Below the pieces are notes generated by a model, which was not told where the DNA came from, ran no database searches, and saw only the letters and a program-made list of their open reading frames with translations. 64,000 nucleotides of DNA from an uncultured Sediminibacterium sp. (lineage in GTDB: Bacteria; Bacteroidota; Bacteroidia; Chitinophagales; Chitinophagaceae), in NCBI GenBank assembly GCA_964637225.1, contig CAZWTV010000001.1, positions 953-64,952 of the forward strand, read 5' to 3'. Shown here one piece after another: positions 19,069 to 29,331 of the stretch. Numbering within the stretch: position 1 is the first letter of the stretch; every line of letters begins with the position of its first letter. The position numbers and the translations under genes were made by a program.

Positions 19069-20616
19069 ATGTCATTACCTAAGGAACCGAGGCAGAAGAT
19101 GATCAACATTATGTATATAGTGTTAACTGCATTATTGGCATTAAATGTATCTAGTGAAATTCTCAACGCTTTTAAAACAATCGAGCAAAGTTTAGGTAAT
19201 GCTAGTAACGTTATCGAAAGAAAGAATGCAGACATATATAAATCTTTGAAGGCAAAAATGTCTGATCCAAAAACTGCTGAAAAAGCAGCAATTTGGGCAC
19301 CCAAAGCTGAAAAAGCACATGCTTTTGCAGACGCTATGTATACTTATATAGAATCTTTAAAACATGACTTAAAATTAGAATCGGGTTTGAAAGTAAAAGA
19401 TGGAAAAGAAGTTTATAAAGAAGACGATTTGGATGCTACTTCAAGATTATTCTTGAATAATAAAAATAGTGAAACAAAAGGTAAAGAGCTCTATAACAAA
19501 TTAGTACAATTTAAAGCCGATTTAACAGCTATTGATCCAGCAATTGCTAAAGAAGTAATTCCAAATTTACCTTTAGATTTATCTATCCCTTCTACTACTA
19601 GTATTGCTGGTAAAAATGATTGGGCATATGCTTATTTTCATATGACGCCTAGTGTGGCTGCAATTACTATTTTAACCAAATTTCAAAATGATATTCGTAA
19701 TAGTGAGGCACAAGTGGTTGAGTATTGTCATAAGGAAATTGGTGAGGTTGAATTAATCTATGATCAATTCAATGCTTTTGCTGCTTCTAATTCTCAGTAT
19801 TTAATGCAAGGGGAAGAATTGGTCATAACGGCTGGAGTGGGTGCTTTTAGTAGTGCTGCTAAACCATCCATTTCTATAGATGGAGTAAGTGTTCCAATTT
19901 TGCCCGATGGTTCAGCTATTTATAAAACCACCGCAGGTGCTCCAGGCGCCAATTCAAAAAAAGTAAGAATCTCATTTTTAAAACCAAATGGAGAAACGGC
20001 TATTGTAGAAAAAGATGTTAAATATACTGTAGGTACACCTACTGGACTGGTCGTTTCCACAGATAAGACAAGAGTGTTTTACAAGGGACTTGATAATCCT
20101 TTAAGTATCACAGGTGGGGGTGGAGCTGAAAAAATTAATGTTTCAGTAGAAGGCGCAGGTGCCAGTGTTACTAAAGCTGCTGCTGGACAATATATAGTAA
20201 AATGTACACAACTTGGTAATGTCTTAGTGAATGTTACAGATGGCAAATCTTCACAGAAAATTTCTGTACCTGTTAAGCGTGTTCCAGATCCCATTGCTAT
20301 TGTGGGTGGTAGTGCGGGAGGTAATATGACAGCTACTAAATTTAGAGTACAACAAGGTGTCATTGCCGATTTAAGAGATTTTGTGTTTGATGGTATTAAA
20401 TTCAATGTAGTTTCATTCATTGTAATTTGCACTGGTAAAGGTTTTGATGAGCCTGAAGTTGCAGAAGTGAATGGTGCTGCATTTGCAAATGGTGCTCAGT
20501 CCTTAATTAGAAGATGTCAACCAGGAACAACAGTAACCATTGGTGAAATTAAAGTGACAGAACCAGGAGGCGGTACTAGAAAATTAGACCAGACAATTAC
20601 TTTTATTTTACAATAA
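19069..20616 (+). CDS. gldM: Gliding motility / T9SS protein GldM (PorM)
   Basis: 515 aa; characteristic N-terminus PRQKMINIMYIVLTALLALNVS and a long periplasmic region. Confidence 0.9.
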   Translation: MSLPKEPRQKMINIMYIVLTALLALNVSSEILNAFKTIEQSLGNASNVIERKNADIYKSLKAKMSDPKTAEKAAIWAPKAEKAHAFADAMYTYIESLKHDLKLESGLKVKDGKEVYKEDDLDATSRLFLNNKNSETKGKELYNKLVQFKADLTAIDPAIAKEVIPNLPLDLSIPSTTSIAGKNDWAYAYFHMTPSVAAITILTKFQNDIRNSEAQVVEYCHKEIGEVELIYDQFNAFAASNSQYLMQGEELVITAGVGAFSSAAKPSISIDGVSVPILPDGSAIYKTTAGAPGANSKKVRISFLKPNGETAIVEKDVKYTVGTPTGLVVSTDKTRVFYKGLDNPLSITGGGGAEKINVSVEGAGASVTKAAAGQYIVKCTQLGNVLVNVTDGKSSQKISVPVKRVPDPIAIVGGSAGGNMTATKFRVQQGVIADLRDFVFDGIKFNVVSFIVICTGKGFDEPEVAEVNGAAFANGAQSLIRRCQPGTTVTIGEIKVTEPGGGTRKLDQTITFILQ

Positions 20617-20645
20617 TATAGTCCAAAAAATTTCTTCATTATTAA

Positions 20646-21731
20646 ATGAAAAGTAGAAAAATATCCAATATGAAAAAATTAATATTACATAGCTTTTTAT
20701 TAGTAATAACTTTTTTTGAAGTGAGTCAATCTCATGCTCAATTTAATTATAAGAAAAAAATAGCGCCTACTAAAGATTCAGTATCTACTAAAACTACAGA
20801 ACTTACTACAAGTTCAACGAACTCATCTAATTCTTCTGTAAAAGCTATCATTGATACAAATATAAAATCTACTAAAACAATTGATACCACCATGGTTGGT
20901 GGATTCAATGCAAATAATAAAAGAAGTTTAAGGCCTAATTATGGTTTTTTTAATGATAACACAACAAGAAAAGCAGTACAACAAAGAACACCCTTGGCTT
21001 ATGAGAAATTAAGAGAAGAGGATGCCTTATTTAGTGAGTTTGTATGGGAAGAAATTGATGGCAGAGAAAAAATTAATAGACCTTTTATTTATCAAGCATA
21101 TGATGATTCTGGGGATCAGCGTTTTTTCGCCCTTTTATTGAGAGCCATTGAGAATGATGGGGTGGTTCCTTTCTCAGCGGAAGGGGGAGACGATCGTTTT
21201 ACAAAGCCTCTGAACATTGATGATGTTAATTCGATGCTTAAAGGAAGTTTAGATACTCAACTTGTTCAAAATATTAATAATCCTAATGTATTTGATACTA
21301 GTATTATTTACAATACCAAATTAGCTCCTAATCCCGACTCAATTTATACTTTCCGATTAAAGGAACAGTTCATTTTTGACAATAAAACGAGCAGAATGTA
21401 TTGTAGAATTATTGGAATTGCTCCGGTAGCAACTATCATTATTAATAATAAGCCCATTAAGCGTACTTTGTTTTGGATTTATTATCCTGAATTAAGACCT
21501 ACACTTGCAAAAAATCATGTGTATAACCCCAAGAATATATCAAATAGAATTACTTGGGAAGAATTATTTGAAAGTAGATATTTCAATGGATATATCGTAA
21601 AATCTACATTGGATAATTATAATGATAAAATGCTAAACGCTTTGTTCAAAGATCCTAATAAGCGTTTGTTAGAAGGAGAGAAGATTAGACAAAGAATTTT
21701 TGATTACGAGCAAGATAGGTGGGTATATTAA
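20646..21731 (+). CDS. gldN: Gliding motility / T9SS protein GldN (PorN)
   Basis: 361 aa; signal peptide, S/T-rich linker, GldN-like C-terminal domain; position after gldM (start may be ATG 20670). Confidence 0.8.
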   Translation: MKSRKISNMKKLILHSFLLVITFFEVSQSHAQFNYKKKIAPTKDSVSTKTTELTTSSTNSSNSSVKAIIDTNIKSTKTIDTTMVGGFNANNKRSLRPNYGFFNDNTTRKAVQQRTPLAYEKLREEDALFSEFVWEEIDGREKINRPFIYQAYDDSGDQRFFALLLRAIENDGVVPFSAEGGDDRFTKPLNIDDVNSMLKGSLDTQLVQNINNPNVFDTSIIYNTKLAPNPDSIYTFRLKEQFIFDNKTSRMYCRIIGIAPVATIIINNKPIKRTLFWIYYPELRPTLAKNHVYNPKNISNRITWEELFESRYFNGYIVKSTLDNYNDKMLNALFKDPNKRLLEGEKIRQRIFDYEQDRWVY

Positions 21732-21748
21732 GCTTTATTTAATTTTCT

Positions 21749-23545
21749 TTATTTTTCAAAAGCAGCTTTTAAAATCTTTGCCTTATTGGGTCCAATGATT
21801 TCTGTGAGTAATTCCAGCTTTGCTTCTTTTATTTTTTTAACTGATTTAAAATAAATCAATAACAAATCTTTGGTTTTAGGGCCAATACCCTCAATATGAT
21901 CTAAACTATTTTCAAGTGCGCCTTTAGATCTTTTATTTCTATGAAACTGAATTCCAAATCGGTGTACTTCATCTCTTATTGATCTTATTAAACGATGTGC
22001 TTCTGATTGCCAGTTTAATTTTAAAGAATCTTTGTCTTTAGCAAAGAAAATTTCTTCTAAATTTTTTGCTAATCCTACAGTAGTTACTTTCTGCTGTATA
22101 TCCAGTTCTGTCAATGCTTCAAGAGCTGCATTTAATTGTCCTTTTCCGCCATCTATGATAATAAGTTGAGGAAGTGATTGCTTTTTTTCTATAACAGATT
22201 TATATCTTCTATACACTGATTCTTTCATACTTGCAAAGTCATTAATACCCACTACAGTCTTGATATTAAATTTTCGATAGTCCGATTTGCTAGGTTGTCC
22301 GTTTTTAAAACAAACCATGGCAGATACGGGGAAAGCTCCTTGAATATTTGAATTGTCAAAACACTCAATATGCGAGGGTAGTGTATTTAAATTTAACTCA
22401 TTTTGAAGTTCTTGAAGTACAGTATTATCAAAGGGGGAGCCTACCTGAACAAGTTTCTGTTTATATTCCCAATCTTTTAATGCGTAGTTGGCATTTTTTT
22501 GAGAAAGCGCTAAAAGTTGTTCTTTATCACCTTGTAAAGGAATAGTATATTTTATTCCAGGTAGCTTATCTTCTATAGCAAAAGGAATAATGATTTCTTT
22601 TGCTTCAGAGCCTAAATTATTTCTGAAATAATGTATAGCAAAAGCAAGAATGGTTTCTTTATTTTGATCAAGTGGTACAGACAAGGGTAACATATGTGTT
22701 TGAATAATTCTACCTTCTTGTACCATTAAATAACTTACATAAGCCTGATCTTCTTGATGAGCAATACTAAATATATCAATGGGATGTTGGTGTTTGGTAT
22801 ACACTACCGATTTGGTTTGATAGGTTTCAAGTTCTTCTATTTTTCTTTTAGTTATATTGGCTTTTTCAAATTGTAAGTTTTTGGCTTCTTCATTCATTTG
22901 TGTCTGCAAATGATGAATGACGGGTTGAATATTTCCTTTTAATAAATGACGCACTTGATCGATAGAATCATTGTATGAACTTTCAGATTGAAAATTTTGA
23001 CAGGGGCCTAAGCAATTTCCTAAATGGTATTCCAAGCAAACCTTAAATTTTTTTAATTCAATATTTTTTTTAGTTAGAGGAAGCGTACAAGTTCTCAAAG
23101 GAATTGTTTTTTTTATATGTTGTATAAGTTCTCTTACTGCTAATACATGTGTAAATGGGCCTATATAGGTTGACCCATCTTTAATTTTTCTTCTTGTTAA
23201 AAACACTCTTGGGAAGGATTCATTTTTTATAACAATATATGGGTAGGTTTTATCATCTTTTAAATTGATATTATACTTTGGTTGATAATTTTTTATGAGC
23301 TCATTCTCCAATATGAAAGCATCATGTTCTGAGTCGACAATAGTAAACTGTATGTCTTTAATTTTATCAACTAATTCAATAGTTTTTTGATTTTCCTGTG
23401 TACCAAAGAAATAAGAACTTACCCTTTTTCTCAAATTTTTGGCTTTACCTACATACAATAAAATCCCTTTTCCATCAAAATATTGATAGATACCAGGTTC
23501 CTGTGGAATACTTGATTGAACTAACTTAAATTGTTCTTTTTCCAT
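21749..23545 (-). CDS. uvrC: Excinuclease ABC subunit C
   Basis: GIY-YIG motif (GIYQYFD..LYVGKAKNLRKRV), UvrBC-interaction region, C-terminal (HhH)2. Start moved to ATG 23545 because the track start overlaps the -7 box. Confidence 0.9.
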   Translation of the reverse strand: MEKEQFKLVQSSIPQEPGIYQYFDGKGILLYVGKAKNLRKRVSSYFFGTQENQKTIELVDKIKDIQFTIVDSEHDAFILENELIKNYQPKYNINLKDDKTYPYIVIKNESFPRVFLTRRKIKDGSTYIGPFTHVLAVRELIQHIKKTIPLRTCTLPLTKKNIELKKFKVCLEYHLGNCLGPCQNFQSESSYNDSIDQVRHLLKGNIQPVIHHLQTQMNEEAKNLQFEKANITKRKIEELETYQTKSVVYTKHQHPIDIFSIAHQEDQAYVSYLMVQEGRIIQTHMLPLSVPLDQNKETILAFAIHYFRNNLGSEAKEIIIPFAIEDKLPGIKYTIPLQGDKEQLLALSQKNANYALKDWEYKQKLVQVGSPFDNTVLQELQNELNLNTLPSHIECFDNSNIQGAFPVSAMVCFKNGQPSKSDYRKFNIKTVVGINDFASMKESVYRRYKSVIEKKQSLPQLIIIDGGKGQLNAALEALTELDIQQKVTTVGLAKNLEEIFFAKDKDSLKLNWQSEAHRLIRSIRDEVHRFGIQFHRNKRSKGALENSLDHIEGIGPKTKDLLLIYFKSVKKIKEAKLELLTEIIGPNKAKILKAAFEK

Positions 23546-23562
23546 TTTAACTGCTGTCTTCA

Positions 23563-23570
23563 CAAAAATA
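23563..23570 (-). promoter_or_regulatory. -7 promoter box (TATTTTTG) for uvrC
   Basis: Exact TAnnTTTG on minus strand, 17 nt upstream of ATG 23545. Confidence 0.5.
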
Positions 23571-23575
23571 CTTTA

Positions 23576-23583
23576 TATTTTTG
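23576..23583 (+). promoter_or_regulatory. -7 promoter box (TATTTTTG) for DUF2721-like gene; predicted leaderless
   Basis: Exact TAnnTTTG, 4 nt before ATG 23588. Confidence 0.5.
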
Positions 23584-23587
23584 TGTC

Positions 23588-24031
23588 ATGGAATTATCTG
23601 TCAATATACCTGCACTATTATTTCCGGCCATTAGCTTAATAATGCTTGCCTATACCAATCGTTTTTTAGCACTATCTAATAGGGTAAGGGTTCTACATGA
23701 CAAATACCATCAACAGGAGCAACGTCATATAATATTTGGCCAAATTAAAAACTTAAAATATAGAATTAAACTTATACAAAGAATGCAAACCTATGGTGTG
23801 GCTACACTATTGCTTTCAATTTTATGTATGTTTTTAATTTTTATTGAATATCAGTTTTTAGCAAAATTTATTTTTGGCATCAGTTTAATTACTTTTTCTA
23901 TTTCAATATTCTTGTCTCTTATTGAAATTCGTTTAAGCACTAAAGCCATAGAATTAGAGTTGAGTGATATGGAAGGCTTGGAAGATCCTTCTGTATTGGA
24001 ATATCTAAGAAAGAAATTTGATAAAGACTAG
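23588..24031 (+). CDS. Small membrane protein, DUF2721-like
   Basis: Start at MELSVNIPALLFPAISL; three TM segments; family assignment from memory of typical sequences. Confidence 0.55.
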   Translation: MELSVNIPALLFPAISLIMLAYTNRFLALSNRVRVLHDKYHQQEQRHIIFGQIKNLKYRIKLIQRMQTYGVATLLLSILCMFLIFIEYQFLAKFIFGISLITFSISIFLSLIEIRLSTKAIELELSDMEGLEDPSVLEYLRKKFDKD

Positions 24032-24043
24032 CCATCATTTTCT

Positions 24044-25813
24044 TTAATTAGAAATTCTTCTTTCTCCAATTTGTTGTCGCCACATGGCATAGTATAATCC
24101 TTTTTCATTGATCAAGGACTCGTGAGTGCCCTTTTCAATTACTTGACCTTTTTCCAAAACATAAATTCTATTAGCATGGATGATGGTAGAAAGCCTGTGT
24201 GCAATCATAATGGTGATTTGATCTCTTTCGGTAGAGAGTTCTTTAATAGTGTCAGTAATAGATTCTTCAGTAATACTATCTAAAGAAGAGGTAGCTTCAT
24301 CAAAAATTAATAAGTGTGGATGTCTTAGTAAGGCTCTGGCTATCGACAATCTTTGTTTCTCTCCTCCACTTAATTTTAATCCACCTTCTCCAATAAGTGT
24401 GGATAGGCCATTACCTCCTTTATCTAATATATTAGTACAACTTGCCTTAGTAAGTGCCATCAGCATTTCTTGCTCAGTAGCAGAAGGCGCCACAAAAGCT
24501 AGATTTTCTTTAATGGTACCTGCAAAGAGTTGTGTGTCTTGTGTCACAAAACTAATTTGATTGCGAAGTTGGGTCATATCAATATTAGTTGAATTTACAT
24601 TGTTAACCAATATTTGTCCTTCCTGAGCTTGGTATAATCCCACTAATAATTTAACCAATGTACTTTTCCCTGCGCCTGAAGGTCCTACAAATGCAATTGT
24701 TTCGCCTTTTTTTGCCTCAAAACTTATTTTATCTATTGCTTTAAAGTTTGCTGTTTGGTGTTGAAAACCTACTTCTTGGAATGCTAAATGTTGAATTTGG
24801 CCAATAGCAGTAGGATTTGATGGGATGGTATCAATTGGCTTTTTCATTAAAGTATCAAAATTGTTTAAAGAAGCTTCTGTTTCTCTGTAACTTAATATAA
24901 TACTCCCAATTTCTTGTAAGGGGCCAAAAATAAAAAAGCTATAAAACTGTAAAGAAATTAATTGTCCTACACTTAAAATTTCTTTAAAAATTAACCACAT
25001 TAAGGTGAAAGTGATGACTTGTCTTAAAAAGTTTACCATGGTTCCTTGTATAAAACTCAGGGAGCGTACATTTTTTACTTTTTTTAATTCAAGTGCTAAT
25101 ATTTTATATGTGTTGTTATTTAGTCTCTGAATTTCCTGTGTTGTTAGGCCCAAGCTTTTAATAAGTTCAATATTACGTAAACTTTCGGTGGTGGTTCCTG
25201 CTAAAGAAGTTGTTTCTTTCACTATTGTTTTTTGAATCACCTTAATTTTTTTACTTAACAAATTGGTGACATAGGCTATGAGTGTAGCGCCTCCCATGTA
25301 AATTGGAATAATGGACCAATGTAATCGCGTAGCATAAATAGTTACAAAAATGACACTTACAATAATGCCAAATAATACATTCACTACATAGTTGATAAAT
25401 TTTTCACAATCGGCTCTAGCCTTGGTTAAAATAGAAAGCGTTTCTCCACTTCTCTGATCTTCAAAAGCTTGATAAGGAAGTTGCATAGAATGCTTTAATC
25501 CATCAGTAAATAAAGCCGCGCCAAATTTTTGTATTATGACATTAACGGTATAGTCTTGAAAAGCCTTTGCAATTCGGCTTACCATTGCAGTGCCCACTAA
25601 CAATAGGAGCATATTACTCACGCCCCATAAAAATTCGGACTGTGATCGGTGAAGTCCTGCAGTATTTGCAAAAGGATTTTTGGCAAATTCATCTATGAGT
25701 TTTCCAAAAATCATGGGGTCGAATAAAGAAAAAGTTTGATTAATGCCTGCTAAAATAAAAGCTAAAAAAACGAGACCTCTAAACGGTTTTATATATTGAA
25801 ATAAAATTTTCAT
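24044..25813 (-). CDS. ABC exporter, fused permease/ATPase (MsbA/MdlB-like half transporter)
   Basis: 589 aa; 6-TM domain then Walker A GPSGAGKST, signature LSGGEKQR, Walker B LLIFDEATS. Confidence 0.88.
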   Translation of the reverse strand: MKILFQYIKPFRGLVFLAFILAGINQTFSLFDPMIFGKLIDEFAKNPFANTAGLHRSQSEFLWGVSNMLLLLVGTAMVSRIAKAFQDYTVNVIIQKFGAALFTDGLKHSMQLPYQAFEDQRSGETLSILTKARADCEKFINYVVNVLFGIIVSVIFVTIYATRLHWSIIPIYMGGATLIAYVTNLLSKKIKVIQKTIVKETTSLAGTTTESLRNIELIKSLGLTTQEIQRLNNNTYKILALELKKVKNVRSLSFIQGTMVNFLRQVITFTLMWLIFKEILSVGQLISLQFYSFFIFGPLQEIGSIILSYRETEASLNNFDTLMKKPIDTIPSNPTAIGQIQHLAFQEVGFQHQTANFKAIDKISFEAKKGETIAFVGPSGAGKSTLVKLLVGLYQAQEGQILVNNVNSTNIDMTQLRNQISFVTQDTQLFAGTIKENLAFVAPSATEQEMLMALTKASCTNILDKGGNGLSTLIGEGGLKLSGGEKQRLSIARALLRHPHLLIFDEATSSLDSITEESITDTIKELSTERDQITIMIAHRLSTIIHANRIYVLEKGQVIEKGTHESLINEKGLYYAMWRQQIGERRISN

Positions 25814-25837
25814 ACTTCTTTATCATTTTCAAGTGGC

Positions 25838-25845
25838 CAAAGGTA
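25838..25845 (-). promoter_or_regulatory. -7 promoter box (TACCTTTG) for ABC exporter gene
   Basis: Exact TAnnTTTG on minus strand, 24 nt upstream of ATG 25813. Confidence 0.45.
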
Positions 25846-25986
25846 ATAAATATCGATGGCTTTTAGTCAAAAGGTAGAATTATCCACCTCTTGTTGAAAA
25901 AACTTTTATGACTAACTACCAGGTTTTACATTGATTATGCTAGATTAGAGTAGTTAATGCTCAGCTAATTTTAATCACTTTATAAT

Positions 25987-26469
25987 ATGAATACTATGTT
26001 ATGGAGAAAATTTAATGGAGAAAAAATTGTACTACCTATTAAGGAAGCTGTGAAACAAGCAATTCTTGCAGAGTCAGAAAAGAAAACAAAATTAAAAGTA
26101 TGTATTGGCACCGATAGTCAAGTAAAAGCAAATATTACTGAATTTGCTACTGTCATAGTTTTTTTAAGAGAAAACAATGGAGGGTTCATGTATATTCATA
26201 ACGATAAAACAACACAAAAGTATCATCTGAAAGAAAGAATGTTAATGGAAGTGGCTAAAAGTATTGAAATTGCCTATGATTTGTGTGATTTGTTTATTGA
26301 ACATAATATTGAAATGGAAGTACATGCCGATATAAATACCAACCCACAATTTAAAAGTAATGATGCTTTAAAAGAGGCAATGGGTTATATATTAGGAATG
26401 GGTTTTGCTTTTAAGGCTAAGCCTGAAGCATTTGCAAGTAGCTGCTGTGCAGATAAAGCTGTGAATTAA
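25987..26469 (+). CDS. YkuK/DUF458-like (RNase H-fold) protein of unknown function
   Basis: 160 aa; resembles the YkuK family (VCIGTDSQ.. acidic core); monocistronic between convergent and divergent neighbours. Confidence 0.55.
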   Translation: MNTMLWRKFNGEKIVLPIKEAVKQAILAESEKKTKLKVCIGTDSQVKANITEFATVIVFLRENNGGFMYIHNDKTTQKYHLKERMLMEVAKSIEIAYDLCDLFIEHNIEMEVHADINTNPQFKSNDALKEAMGYILGMGFAFKAKPEAFASSCCADKAVN

Positions 26470-26485
26470 TGAATAATTTCAAAAG

Positions 26486-27124
26486 TTAGTGATATCCCTC
26501 TTGGTCGAGTATATTGTATTTTTCAATACAAGAAAGTACTTCATCTATGCCATTTCTTTTTTCTGCACTTGTTACAATGCCTTGCGGTAAAAAGGGTAAT
26601 GATTTATGTAGCGTTTCAAAAAAAGCTTTGACATTATTTGAAACAACTGTAGGTTTTTCTTTGTCTGATTTGGTAAATATAATGGTATAGGGAATTTCCC
26701 ATTTGAATAATTGTTCTATGAATGCAATATCAATTTTTTGAGGTGAGTGTCTGCTGTCAATTAAAACAAAAACATGGTTTAAATTTTCTCTTTTTCTTAA
26801 ATAGTTTTCAATCATTTGTTCCCATCTTCTTCTGCTACTTTGTGCTACTTTAGCAAATCCATAACCCGGTAAGTCAACAATATACCATTTATCTTTTTTA
26901 CTATGCTGGCCGCTACTGCTTTCAATTTCAAAATGATTAATAAGTTGTGTTTTTCCAGGTGTAGCTGAAGTTTTAGCTAAATTTTTTTGTAAACAAATAG
27001 CATTAATCATAGAGGATTTTCCTACATTACTTCTACCAATAAAAGCGTATTCGGGTGCTTTTAATGCAGGGCATTGATCAAAGCTAGGGCTAGAAATTAA
27101 ATAATTTGCATTATGAATTTTCAT
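26486..27124 (-). CDS. engB: Ribosome biogenesis GTPase YihA/YsxC
   Basis: 212 aa; G1 GRSNVGKSS, G3 DLPGYG, G4 TKSDK. Confidence 0.9.
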   Translation of the reverse strand: MKIHNANYLISSPSFDQCPALKAPEYAFIGRSNVGKSSMINAICLQKNLAKTSATPGKTQLINHFEIESSSGQHSKKDKWYIVDLPGYGFAKVAQSSRRRWEQMIENYLRKRENLNHVFVLIDSRHSPQKIDIAFIEQLFKWEIPYTIIFTKSDKEKPTVVSNNVKAFFETLHKSLPFLPQGIVTSAEKRNGIDEVLSCIEKYNILDQEGYH

Positions 27125-27135
27125 AAATAAAAACC

Positions 27136-27645
27136 TTATTTCGCAGCCCCTTCAGGTTTTGGGGGTCTTTTTAGCTTAAGGCTGTCTGCAGGATAGGTAG
27201 CTTTTAAAGTATCCATAATATTTTGACACCATTTTGTTAAAGTAGCTTTTTCTGCTTCTGTTAATTTGGCTTCAGTATGCACTAAGGTATAAGAAGCTAG
27301 TGGCATTTCTCCTTCTTTAATTTGTTCAATGACTTCTTCTAATTTATGATTTTGCTTTGCAATTCTATAACCAGCAAATTCATTGAAATTAAAATGACGT
27401 TTACCATCTTTGATATGGTCGCTTAACCAAAAATTAATAGGTTGGATGGCTGCATAAACAGGGTACTTCGTATTATTAGAATGACAATCGGCACAGGCTT
27501 TGTCGACAATTGTCTTAACACTATCAGGCATCGGATAAAGAGTGGTTATATCCTTGGTAACATCTCCTGAATTATTTTTATCTGGTCGAATAAATTGAAT
27601 AGCTATTAATGCAACCAGTAATCCTATGAGTATTTTCTTTATCAT
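27136..27645 (-). CDS. Membrane-anchored heme-binding domain protein (CxxCH)
   Basis: 169 aa; N-terminal TM anchor, single c-type heme motif CADCH. Confidence 0.65.
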   Translation of the reverse strand: MIKKILIGLLVALIAIQFIRPDKNNSGDVTKDITTLYPMPDSVKTIVDKACADCHSNNTKYPVYAAIQPINFWLSDHIKDGKRHFNFNEFAGYRIAKQNHKLEEVIEQIKEGEMPLASYTLVHTEAKLTEAEKATLTKWCQNIMDTLKATYPADSLKLKRPPKPEGAAK

Positions 27646-27709
27646 ATTTTTGCTTTATTTTTTAAAATTTCTGTATTTACTTAAAGTTAAGGTATAAAAA
27701 ATAATAATT

Positions 27710-29227
27710 TTAAATTAATACATCACCGGTCATCTCAGCAGGTATTTTAATACCCATCAGGGTAAGAATGGTGGGGGCAATATCCCCTAATTTGCCATTT
27801 TTAATACTCCCATTCCACTCTTTATCAATAATGAAAAATGGAACCAAGTTAAGTGTATGGGCTGTATTGGGGCTTCCATCTTCGTTTATCATATAGTCGG
27901 CATTCCCATGATCCGCTGTTAAAAATATAGTATAACCATTTTCGAGGCCAGTATTTACAATTTGTTCAACACAGCGGTCGACAGTTTCTACTGCTTTTAC
28001 AACGGCAGCAAATACCCCGGTATGTCCCACCATATCTGCATTGGCAAAGTTCAGGCATACAAAATCGGGGTTGCCAGATTTAATTTCTGGTAATAATTTC
28101 TCTGTTAATTCAGCTGCACTCATTTCGGGTTGTAAATCATAAGTGGCTACTTTGGGAGAAGCGGCTAAAATTCTTGTTTCTCCTTCAAAAGGTAATTCTC
28201 TGCCTCCACTAAAGAAAAAAGTAACGTGGGGATATTTTTCTGTCTCAGCAATTCTAATTTGTTTTTTCTGATTTTTTGCTAAAACCTCACCCAAGGTATT
28301 TTCTAAATTATCATTTTCAAAAAGAATGTTTATATTTTTAAAAGACTCATCATACCTTGTTAAAGTGGTAAAATGTAGATCTAATTTTTTCATAGCAAAG
28401 TCTGGAAAATCTTTTTGAGAAAGTACTTCTGTAATTTCTCTACAACGATCGGTTCTAAAATTAAAACAAAGGACTGCATCTCCATTTTGTATTTTTGCGA
28501 TGGCATTTCCTTGATGAGTTATAACGGTGGGTTTAATAAATTCATCAGTGATAGCATTGTTATAATTTTCTTTAATGGCATCTATGGCATTTGCTGCGGT
28601 GACGCCTTTACCATTCACTAGCGCCTCATAGGCCAATTGCACTCTTTCCCATCTTTTGTCTCTATCCATGGCGTAGTATCTACCACAAATAGTTGCTATT
28701 TTACCAACACCCTTCTTTAAATGATTCTCAAGATCTTCAATAAAGTGTATGCCACTTTTAGGATCGGTGTCTCTACCATCGGTGAAAGCATGAATATATA
28801 ACTCAGTCAATCCTTTAGTTTTGCATATGTCACAAATTGCTTTCAAATGACTAGTGTGAGAATGAACTCCGCCGTCACTTACCAAACCTAGTAAATGCAG
28901 TGGTTTATTATTTTGTTTAGCATATTCTATGGAAGCCAATAATTGCTGATTCTTGGCTAGCTCTCCATTTTTAATTGCTACATTTATTCTTTGCAATTCC
29001 TGATACACTATACGTCCTGCTCCTAAATTTAAGTGCCCCACTTCACTATTACCCATTTGTCCGCTTGGTAAACCCACTGCTTCGCCACAGGTAACTAAAG
29101 TAGCATGTGGGTATTTCTTATATAAACTTGATACAAAGGGTACATTTGCTTGCCCAATGGCATCTGATGAAGGAACGAGTCCTAGTCCCCAGCCATCCAT
29201 AATGACCAATATTATTTTATTTGACAT
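27710..29227 (-). CDS. gpmI: 2,3-bisphosphoglycerate-independent phosphoglycerate mutase
   Basis: 505 aa; N-terminal ILVIMDGWG, catalytic-Ser region GNSEVGH, C-terminal TADHGNA. Confidence 0.93.
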   Translation of the reverse strand: MSNKIILVIMDGWGLGLVPSSDAIGQANVPFVSSLYKKYPHATLVTCGEAVGLPSGQMGNSEVGHLNLGAGRIVYQELQRINVAIKNGELAKNQQLLASIEYAKQNNKPLHLLGLVSDGGVHSHTSHLKAICDICKTKGLTELYIHAFTDGRDTDPKSGIHFIEDLENHLKKGVGKIATICGRYYAMDRDKRWERVQLAYEALVNGKGVTAANAIDAIKENYNNAITDEFIKPTVITHQGNAIAKIQNGDAVLCFNFRTDRCREITEVLSQKDFPDFAMKKLDLHFTTLTRYDESFKNINILFENDNLENTLGEVLAKNQKKQIRIAETEKYPHVTFFFSGGRELPFEGETRILAASPKVATYDLQPEMSAAELTEKLLPEIKSGNPDFVCLNFANADMVGHTGVFAAVVKAVETVDRCVEQIVNTGLENGYTIFLTADHGNADYMINEDGSPNTAHTLNLVPFFIIDKEWNGSIKNGKLGDIAPTILTLMGIKIPAEMTGDVLI

Positions 29228-29331
29228 AGTTCCAACTTAATTTTAGACTTATCTTAGTTTTGATTAATTTGTACTACAAAGTTTCAAAATACTAAGCAGA
29301 CTACAAACTTTAAAGTGTTATAATACCAAAA

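Noticed and set aside
29255-29262. TAGTTTTG box 70 nt upstream of the SUI1-like gene
   Set aside because: It matches TAnnTTTG exactly but is far from the start codon. Given how often the 8-mer is expected by chance in AT-rich DNA, I did not list it as a feature.
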